A DNA stretch of 61,874 bases from Synergistaceae bacterium (GTDB taxonomy: Bacteria; Synergistota; Synergistia; Synergistales; Aminobacteriaceae): the NCBI GenBank assembly GCA_017449415.1, contig JAFSJO010000045.1, positions 1-61,874 on the forward strand, read 5' to 3'. Positions 55,717-61,874 of this stretch are shown here, in pieces; positions within the stretch are counted from its first letter, which is position 1; each line of letters begins with the position of its first letter. Below the pieces are notes generated by a model. The model was not told the origin of the DNA and ran no database searches. It saw only the letters and a program-made list of their open reading frames with translations. Position numbers and translations under genes: made by a program.

Positions 55717-55752
55717 AAGCTCTCGCGGAGGCGACTCCGTGGGAGCTTTTTT
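55717..55752 (+). terminator. Rho-independent terminator after the first pilin gene
   Basis: AAGCTCTCGCGGA (55717-55729) pairs with TCCGTGGGAGCTT (55736-55748) in 13 bp with two G-U pairs. A T-run extends to 55752, and TATAAT follows at 55754-55759. Confidence 0.65.
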
Positions 55753-55781
55753 GTATAATAAGCTCATCGGAGGTGTTCACA

Positions 55782-56339
55782 TTGACGTTAAGAAGAAGAC
55801 ACAAGGCGGGCTTTACGCTCGTCGAGGTTATGATCGTGATATTCGCGTTGGGAGTGTTGAGCGCGATGATAATGATCTCGAGTTCGGAGGCTGTCGCGAC
55901 GGCCAAGGCCACGAAGATACTCAACGACATGACGCAGATAAAGCTGGCCGTAATACAGTGGTACAGGGAGAACCCCTACAAGGTCGGCACGGACGGCAAG
56001 GTCGGGACTCAGACACTCGGCGATTACTTCAAGACTGACAAGGGCAAGGCGGAGCTTATGAAGCACATTGACTCGACTTCGATATCGCTCAACGATGACG
56101 CGGTCGGAAGCTACACCGTCAATACCAGCAATAATGGCAAGACGATTTATTGGTATGTCGCGTACAAAGTTCACGACGGTTCAAATAAAGATGAGTCCCT
56201 CATGAACAAGCTCGAAGCGAAAGCGGCGACGGCGGACTTGCGGAGAACTTCGAATTTTAAGAATACCAACGAAAAATATCACGCCGGTAACGAGACAAAC
56301 AAAAACATCTACATGCTCATAATGACATTCAACTATTGA
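55782..56339 (+). CDS. Prepilin-type N-terminal cleavage/methylation domain protein (second pilin-like gene)
   Basis: TTG 55782 lies 8 nt after GGAGG and gives leader MTLRRRHKAG followed by FTLVEVMIVIFA. The track start GTG 55773 overlaps the RBS. Confidence 0.7.
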   Translation: MTLRRRHKAGFTLVEVMIVIFALGVLSAMIMISSSEAVATAKATKILNDMTQIKLAVIQWYRENPYKVGTDGKVGTQTLGDYFKTDKGKAELMKHIDSTSISLNDDAVGSYTVNTSNNGKTIYWYVAYKVHDGSNKDESLMNKLEAKAATADLRRTSNFKNTNEKYHAGNETNKNIYMLIMTFNY

Positions 56340-56391
56340 GCGTCAATCTTGTATAATATTGGCAAATTCTTTCACAGGGAGGTGGAAAGTC

Positions 56392-57306
56392 ATGCAGGTT
56401 ACATCAATGCTGTCGGCAGGATACTTGGAGCCTGTCCAGAATATTGGGCGCGTCAAGAATATCAAAGACGTTGAAGAGGTCGACGAGTCCAAGCAACAAA
56501 AGGAACAGGAAATTTTAGCTGAAGAGCAAAGCCTAAAAGCCAAGCTCGGAAACGATGCCAAAGTCCACACGGTCTATCATTACTCGCTCGGGACTGACGG
56601 GAGGCGTTATATCGTCGGCGCGTCTGTTACCATGAAAGGCAGTGAAGAAGACCTCAACCGCGTAAGCGGCGGAGTTACTCAGGAGGATCTGCAGAGCAAG
56701 AAGCAAGAAGTTCAAGACGCTCTCAACGAGAACAAAACCGCCGAAAACACCCAGAACATCATCAAATCTGAAGCCGAACGCCGCGAAGCCTCGAAACAAG
56801 AGGAGAAAGCTGAAGATGAAAAGGAAGCTCAGGCCAAGGAACTTGAGAACATTCAGCGCGAGGTTATTGCACACGAGAACGCCCACAAGGCGACGGCCGG
56901 AGAATTTGGCGGCGAGATAAGTTACTCCTACACCGAAGGCCCGGACGGAAAAAGCTACATCATCGGCGGCGAAGTCCCCATCAAGTTCAAGGAGGGAAGC
57001 ACGCCCGAGGAAACTCTCAGGAACATGCAGCAGGTTCAGAGAGCCGCTAACGCTCCGGCGGATCCGTCAGGTCAGGATAGACAGGTCGCGGCCAAGGCGG
57101 CAGCTCTCGCGTCAAAGGCCAGACAGGAAATCATTCATGAAAAAACCGAGACCGAAGAGATCAAGGCCGAAGTCGCAAGAGGGACTCCGATTATCGACCC
57201 CGTGAGCCGTGAGGACGAGCAATATGACGTTGCTAAGGACGGCGTGCAGTCGGTGCGGGCTTCGATGAAGGAACTTGAAGTTCAGAGTCTGATGCCTGCC
57301 GCGTAA
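56392..57306 (+). CDS. SprA-related family protein (putative metalloprotease-like, Glu/Lys-rich)
   Basis: 304 aa from ATG 56392, 8 nt after GGGAGGTGG. It has two repeats of the Y..G.DG..Y..GG.V type and a HENAHKATAGEFGGE motif. Confidence 0.55.
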   Translation: MQVTSMLSAGYLEPVQNIGRVKNIKDVEEVDESKQQKEQEILAEEQSLKAKLGNDAKVHTVYHYSLGTDGRRYIVGASVTMKGSEEDLNRVSGGVTQEDLQSKKQEVQDALNENKTAENTQNIIKSEAERREASKQEEKAEDEKEAQAKELENIQREVIAHENAHKATAGEFGGEISYSYTEGPDGKSYIIGGEVPIKFKEGSTPEETLRNMQQVQRAANAPADPSGQDRQVAAKAAALASKARQEIIHEKTETEEIKAEVARGTPIIDPVSREDEQYDVAKDGVQSVRASMKELEVQSLMPAA

Positions 57307-57344
57307 TCATCAAGATGAAACGAATAATTCTGTATGAATGAATT

Positions 57345-57384
57345 TCCCCCCGGCTACTCGCGCAAAACCGGAGGGATTTTTTTT
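57345..57384 (+). terminator. Rho-independent terminator
   Basis: TCCCCCCGG (57345-57353) pairs with CCGGAGGGA (57368-57376) at 8 of 9 positions around a 14-nt loop. T8 follows at 57377-57384. Confidence 0.5.
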
Positions 57385-57487
57385 GACCGAGGGAGCGAAA
57401 ACTCGCCGATTTATTTTTAAAAGTTGCCTCGTGATGAGTTGCGAGGACTGAGAGATTTCGAGATTTTTGTAGTTGAAAATGTAGTTG
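57377..57487 (-). repeat. Intergenic repeat element, copy 2, inverted relative to copy 1 at 4254-4378
   Basis: The reverse complement reads CAACTACATTTTCAACTACAAAAATCTCGAAATCTCTCAGTCCTCGCAAC..AAAAATAAATCGGCGAGTTTTCGC..GGTCAAAAAAAA, colinear with copy 1. Confidence 0.6.
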
Positions 57488-57513
57488 ATAAATCGAGAGG
57501 GGAGACCACGAAC

Positions 57514-58425
57514 ATGAATATCTTTGAGAGAATGTTAAACACGCAAGCGTTGATGTTCGTCTACGTTGTTACGGGCATTATAATGGCAAAGACGAAAATT
57601 TTGAAGCACGAGGGACGCTCCAGCTTCATTAATCTTCTGTTGGACATCACGCTGCCGTGCATGATATTAAATTCCTTTAACGTTGACGCAGATATCAATC
57701 AGCTAATCGCCGCCGGCGAGATCATGATCATCTCTTCGGTGTGTTTCGTCATCGCGTGGCTGTCGGGAAAAATTTTTTGGCGCAAAGCTCCCAAGGAACG
57801 CCGAGCCGTCTTGGAGTTCGCAACGCAGTTCTCCAACGCAGGCAACGCAGGCTTGCCAATCGTCGCGGCTGTCTTCGGAGCTGAAGGAGTCTTCTACGCG
57901 TCGTTCTATCTCATGCCCGTGAGAATTTTAATTTGGACGGCGGGGCTGTCGCTGTTCGTCGAGGGCGAGAGCTTCAAAGACAAGATCAAAATCCTGTTGA
58001 AGACTCCAAGCCTCGATGTCGTGTTCGTGGGTCTGGTGCTGATGTTCCTGCCCTTCAAGCTCCCGAGCGTACTCTCCACGGCCATAAAGAACATGGGCGA
58101 CATGACCGGCCCTCTCTCGATGATGATCATCGGCGCGGCGTTGGGCGAGTCGAACCTCCGAGACGCTCTCGACGTTGACGCTTTCAAATTAACTTTCGTG
58201 AGGTTAGCTGTCCAGCCATTGATGTATCTCTTCTTGCTTCGAGCTGTCGGAGTGCCGGACATTCTGTGGCAGGTTACAGTGGTGCTGACGGCGATGCCTG
58301 CGGCGGCTAACACGGAGATCATAGCCGAGATGTATGGCAAAGATTACAAGTTCGCGGCTCGCTGCGTCGTGGTCTCGACGATCGTGTCGTTGGTCAGCGT
58401 CCCGCTCTTGACGTTGCTGTTCTGA
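57514..58425 (+). CDS. AEC (auxin efflux carrier) family transporter
   Basis: 303 aa from ATG 57514 (MNIFERMLNTQALMFVYVV..), polytopic. The track ORF from 57424 reads through the repeat element. Confidence 0.8.
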   Translation: MNIFERMLNTQALMFVYVVTGIIMAKTKILKHEGRSSFINLLLDITLPCMILNSFNVDADINQLIAAGEIMIISSVCFVIAWLSGKIFWRKAPKERRAVLEFATQFSNAGNAGLPIVAAVFGAEGVFYASFYLMPVRILIWTAGLSLFVEGESFKDKIKILLKTPSLDVVFVGLVLMFLPFKLPSVLSTAIKNMGDMTGPLSMMIIGAALGESNLRDALDVDAFKLTFVRLAVQPLMYLFLLRAVGVPDILWQVTVVLTAMPAAANTEIIAEMYGKDYKFAARCVVVSTIVSLVSVPLLTLLF

Positions 58426-58437
58426 GTCTCCAATCCC

Positions 58438-58462
58438 TCATTCCTAATTCCTAATCCCTAAT
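58438..58462 (-). repeat. Left arm of the 25-bp perfect inverted repeat (ATTAGGR heptamer array) upstream of prfB
   Basis: tcattcctaattcctaatccctaat is the exact reverse complement of 59617-59641. A further degenerate unit (ccctcat) extends the array leftwards. Confidence 0.8.
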
Positions 58463-58513
58463 CGAATATGTGCTATGATTTTGTGAAAAAATTTGAAAGG
58501 CAATATATTTTTC

Positions 58514-59621
58514 ATGTTAAACGACATCAACACAAAATCAGAACTGGAAGAACTGCGCGGCCTCGTTCAGACTGTGCAGGACAGCCTTTGACCTTGACGC
58601 TCTGAGCAGCCGCTCGAAAGAACTGACGGAGCAGACTTCCAAGCCGGACTTCTGGAACTCACAAGGGCGCGAGGATATCCTGAGGGAACTTTCGCAAGTC
58701 AACTCGCGGCTCGAGAACTGGAAGCGAATAAGCTCCGACTATGAAGACCTCCTGACACTCGAAGAGCTTCTTAATGAAAGCGGCGATCCCGAACTCGAAA
58801 CAGAATTTTCTCAAAACCTCACGAAGCTTCGCGAGGAGCTTGAACGTGCGAGCCTGCTCTTGCTTCTCAACGAGGAACACGACAACGCGAACGCCATCTT
58901 GATGATCCATGCGGGCAGCGGCGGACTCGACTCGCAAGACTGGGCGGGAATGTTGCTGCGAATGTACCTGCGTTACTGCGAGCGCGAGGGGTTCAAAGCC
59001 AACGTCATCGAGGCGACGGCTGACGAGGGCGAGGGCATCAAGAACGCTACCGTCATGATCACGGGCGATTACGCTTACGGATTTTTGAAGGCCGAACGGG
59101 GAGTTCACAGGCTCGTGAGGATCTCGCCATTCGACTCGGCGCACAGACGACACACGAGCTTCGCCTCCGTCCTCGTGTCCCCGGAGTTCTCCGACGATGT
59201 AGACATTGAGGTCAAGCCCGAAGATTTGAAGGTCGACACGTTCAGAGCCAGCGGCGCGGGAGGTCAATACGTCAACAGGACAGACTCGGCCGTAAGGATC
59301 ACGCACATACCGACGGGCATCGTCGTAACATGTCAGAACGAACGTTCACAGCTCATGAACCGTCAAACAGCTCTGCACGTTTTGAAGAGCCGGCTTTACG
59401 AGCTTGCGCTGCAGGAACGTCAGCAGGAGCTTGATTCGATCGTCGGCGACAAGAAAGAGTCAACGTGGGGCAGCCAGATCCGCAGCTACGTGCTTCACCC
59501 GTACACGCTCGTGAAAGATCACAGGACGAACTTCGAGAAAGGAAACATTCAAGCAGTCCTCGACGGAGACATCAACGAGTTCATCATGGAATTCTTGCGA
59601 CAGAAAGCCAGAAACAATTAG
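58514..59621 (+). CDS. prfB: Peptide chain release factor 2, requiring a programmed +1 frameshift (58514..58588 joined to 58590..59621)
   Basis: Frame 0 gives MLNDINTKSELEELRGLVQTVQDSL, then an in-frame TGA. The +1 frame continues DLDALSSRSKELTEQTSKPDFWN..HAGSGGLDSQDW..SPF..RASGAGGQYVNRTDSAVRITH.. Confidence 0.9.
58586..58592 (+). other. RF2 autoregulatory +1 frameshift site CTT TGA C
   Basis: CTT lies at 58586-58588, TGA at 58589-58591 and C at 58592. A weak SD-like AGGA lies 5 nt upstream. Confidence 0.85.
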
Positions 59622-59641
59622 GGATTAGGAATTAGGAATGA
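59617..59641 (+). repeat. Right arm of the 25-bp perfect inverted repeat: (ATTAGGG)(ATTAGGA)(ATTAGGA)ATGA
   Basis: It contains the prfB TAG stop (59619-59621) and the RBS-like AGGA plus the ATG (59638) of the next gene. Confidence 0.8.
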
Positions 59642-61323
59642 AAGCTCTGAAAAATTTTTGCTCATTAGTCTTTGTTATGTTGCTCGTGTGCGGCGCGGCC
59701 TGCGCTGAAAATTTTGTCCCCGAGCAGCCTTTGATGTATGCCGACGAGCTGAGACCCGGAATGACGGGTTACGCTCTCACCGTGTTGCGAGGCACTGAGC
59801 CGGAGAAGATGCCCGTGAAGATTGTAAGCGTTATCCCGCAGAGAGCCAGCGCGGTCATGACGGAAAAAATTTTGATAAAGTTCACGGGGAAGCACAGACT
59901 TGCGCAAGGCATGAGCGGCTCGCCCGTGTTCGTGAAGAATAAGCTCGTCGGAGCGATCCGAAGCGGCTGGGACAACAGCGATCAATCTTTCGCCATCGTA
60001 ACGCCGATCGAAGCCATGCTCAGAATTTTTAACGGTGAGGAGTTAGGAGTGAGGGGTGAGGAGTTGAAGAAGCTCAACGTCTCAGTGACGGGGCTTGGCG
60101 CGAACTCGCTGCCTCGGCTCAGCAAGGCTCTTGGCCTCAACGTAACTCAGGGTGTCGCGTCAGGAGCCGGGTCGCTCGAAGTCAGAAACGAAAATTTCAG
60201 GCCGGGCGAAGCTGTGGCGGCGTTGCTCGCGTGGGGTGATGTCGAGATCTCCGCGTCAGGTACGATAACCGCGACCGCTAAGGACGGAAAATTTTTGGCG
60301 TTCGGTCATGATTTTCTCAATCGCGGCAGGACAGTTTACCCGGCGGCGAAAGTTTTTGTTCATGAGACGGTCGACAGCTACTCGTTCCCTTTCAAGATCG
60401 CTAGCCCGGTCTCTATCAACGGGATCATCACGCAGGATCGCGAGGCGGCTATCGGAGGTCGCGCAGGAGTTTTCCCACCGTCATTTTCGGCGGAGCTTAA
60501 CTTCAAAAATCTCGACACCAACAGACAGAACAGATACAGCTTTCGAGTCGTGGCTGATGAGTTTCTGACGGCCAACCTGATCGAGGAGATTTACAAAGGT
60601 CTCATAGCTGAAGCATGGGGGCGCAAGGGTCAAGGCACGATGGACGTGAGCCTCCGTATCGAGGGCAGGAACATCAGGAACGGTTTCGCGAGGCGCGATA
60701 TATTCTTCTCGGACGAAGATATCGTTGAAGAGGCTTTCGGCGACACCGCCGAGATGATCGGAATGTACCTGACACAGCCATTCACTGAGACGATGCCGTC
60801 GGGATTTGTCTTGAACGTCGAAGCTACGGAGCGGCCAAAAGTTTTGAGGATCGAGGACGTTGAGACCGTCGCTAAGGCCAAGCCCGGAGATGAGATCGAC
60901 GTTAGAATAAAGCTGCGCGAGTGGCGAGCCGGGACAACTGAAAAGGTCGTGAAGATGAAGATCCCAGAGAGAGCCTCCGGAAGTCTAACTTTAATCGTGC
61001 GCGGCGGTAACGTTGAGCCAATGACTCAGCTTGCTATCGAGGACGGCTCGAAGTCCGTTGACAGCCTCGAAAGAATGTTGACGGAGCTAAAGGCCGCTGA
61101 TGCGGGCAACGAGTTAATAATCGAGCTTAACGGTGATCTCGTCGGCGAGGTGCTGAAAAAAGTTCTCAACGATGACGAGGCCAAGAACGAAGCTTCAGAG
61201 CCTGAGTCGGAGTTCCTCAGCGAGATGAAAGAGCGACGTATCGACGAGGGGACACTGAAAATTTTCGGGACTGATTTCTTCGTCGACGGCATGATGAGAC
61301 GGGTTATAGACGTGGAGAAGTGA
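59638..61323 (+). CDS. Secreted SpoIVB-type (peptidase S55-like) serine protease domain protein
   Basis: 561 aa with a signal peptide and a GMSGSPVFV serine motif near the N-terminus. The remainder is unassigned. Confidence 0.55.
   Translation: MKALKNFCSLVFVMLLVCGAACAENFVPEQPLMYADELRPGMTGYALTVLRGTEPEKMPVKIVSVIPQRASAVMTEKILIKFTGKHRLAQGMSGSPVFVKNKLVGAIRSGWDNSDQSFAIVTPIEAMLRIFNGEELGVRGEELKKLNVSVTGLGANSLPRLSKALGLNVTQGVASGAGSLEVRNENFRPGEAVAALLAWGDVEISASGTITATAKDGKFLAFGHDFLNRGRTVYPAAKVFVHETVDSYSFPFKIASPVSINGIITQDREAAIGGRAGVFPPSFSAELNFKNLDTNRQNRYSFRVVADEFLTANLIEEIYKGLIAEAWGRKGQGTMDVSLRIEGRNIRNGFARRDIFFSDEDIVEEAFGDTAEMIGMYLTQPFTETMPSGFVLNVEATERPKVLRIEDVETVAKAKPGDEIDVRIKLREWRAGTTEKVVKMKIPERASGSLTLIVRGGNVEPMTQLAIEDGSKSVDSLERMLTELKAADAGNELIIELNGDLVGEVLKKVLNDDEAKNEASEPESEFLSEMKERRIDEGTLKIFGTDFFVDGMMRRVIDVEK
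60035..60062 (+). repeat. Heptamer array (GTGAGGA)(GTTAGGA)(GTGAGGG)(GTGAGGA) inside the S55-like gene, sense orientation
   Basis: It is read in frame as ..GEELGVRGEEL... A variant fifth unit, GTTGAAG, avoids the TAG stop. Confidence 0.55.
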
Positions 61324-61326
61324 GAC

Positions 61327-61874
61327 ATGAACTCCAAAGGAATTTTCATAGTGATCGAGGGCGTTGACGGGTCAGGCAAGAGTACGCAGGCCGGAAAGCT
61401 CGCGGAGTGGCTGGAAGCTCACACGGGACGCAAGACAGTGAGAACTTTCGAGCCGTTCATGCTGCGCGAGTTGATTTTGGGACGAAAGGATCTCTGCGCC
61501 ACGACGGAGCTGTTGTTGTTCCTCGCCGACAGAGCCGAACACGTCAGCAAGGTCATAACGCCGACACTCAACGCCGGGGACAACGTGATCTGCGAACGCT
61601 ACAACGACTCGACACTCGCATATCAGGCCGGAGGGCACGCGCTGGAGCTGTCGTACGTCAGGAGCTTGATCGAGGCTTGCAAGTTTCCAGAGCCGGACGT
61701 AAAAATTTTTTTGGATATCAGCCCGGAGATCGCGTACTCGCGGGTCATGGCAAGACATAATCTCAACGACAAATTCGAGGCTGAGGGGTTGGAACTTATT
61801 AGAAAAGTCTCCGACTTTTATCGCGACTTCTTCGTAGGGCCCCCGCCCGCCCGCCCCAGTGTCGTGAAAACGAA
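61327..61874 (+). CDS. tmk: Thymidylate kinase; the 3' end lies beyond the window
   Basis: My own translation from ATG 61327 reads MNSKGIFIVIEGVDGSGKSTQA..LLFLADRAEH..ERYNDSTLAYQ.. and stays open to the last base. Confidence 0.85.
   Translation, partial: MNSKGIFIVIEGVDGSGKSTQAGKLAEWLEAHTGRKTVRTFEPFMLRELILGRKDLCATTELLLFLADRAEHVSKVITPTLNAGDNVICERYNDSTLAYQAGGHALELSYVRSLIEACKFPEPDVKIFLDISPEIAYSRVMARHNLNDKFEAEGLELIRKVSDFYRDFFVGPPPARPSVVKT

Noticed and set aside
57430-57462. A hammerhead-like GUGAUGAG ... CUGAGAG string in repeat copy 2.
   Set aside because: The essential C of CUGAUGA is a G, no GAAA or cleavage-site context fits, and the segment is not conserved in copy 1 (TGTGGAGGG).
58659-59306. 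A 215-aa minus-strand ORF inside prfB.
   Set aside because: It is an antisense shadow of a strongly supported RF2 gene. It has no RBS and no recognisable motifs, and its Arg/Val/Asp-rich composition is typical of reverse-frame translation.
4421-60062. The heptamer arrays read as a CRISPR-like or telomere-like (TTAGGG) feature.
   Set aside because: The units are only 7 nt long with no spacers, and no cas genes are present. TTAGGG arises only as part of the ATTAGGG unit in a bacterial chromosome interior.

Overview
The window is a 61.9-kb stretch of a bacterial chromosome, densely coding and mostly housekeeping. TolC and WaaA/KdtA indicate a diderm. A Synergistota-like anaerobe is only a low-confidence guess from gene content. 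I call about 58 protein genes:
- sbcCD, cmk-plsC, yicC-gmk, ftsH, tadA-recJ-relA-dtd, mreBCD-waaA, purL, proS, rimO-pgpA-cinA, argF, holA, tmk
- prfB with its classical +1 frameshift

I found no rRNA, tRNA, CRISPR array, transposase or integrase.

Accessory-looking items:
- a vapBC toxin-antitoxin pair
- an Mrr-like endonuclease with a very acidic linker
- an isolated 614-aa flagellin
- two prepilin-like genes
- a periplasmic-binding-protein::CitMHS transporter fusion
- a 1008-aa orphan protein joining two cold-shock-like OB folds to a C-terminal HEPN (RNxxxH) module, which is my best candidate for an undescribed system

Three DNA-level signals are not explained by the genes:
1. A dispersed family of tandem heptamers (GTKAGGR / ATTAGGR)n sits on stop codons and ribosome-binding sites. 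It occurs in-frame inside two genes and forms a perfect 25-bp inverted repeat bracketing prfB.
2. The palindrome AAAATTTT is strongly over-represented. I counted 37 copies by eye, against roughly one expected.
3. An intergenic element of about 110-125 nt is present twice in opposite orientation, about 53 kb apart.

All family assignments rest on motifs I read in the translations. No database search was possible.
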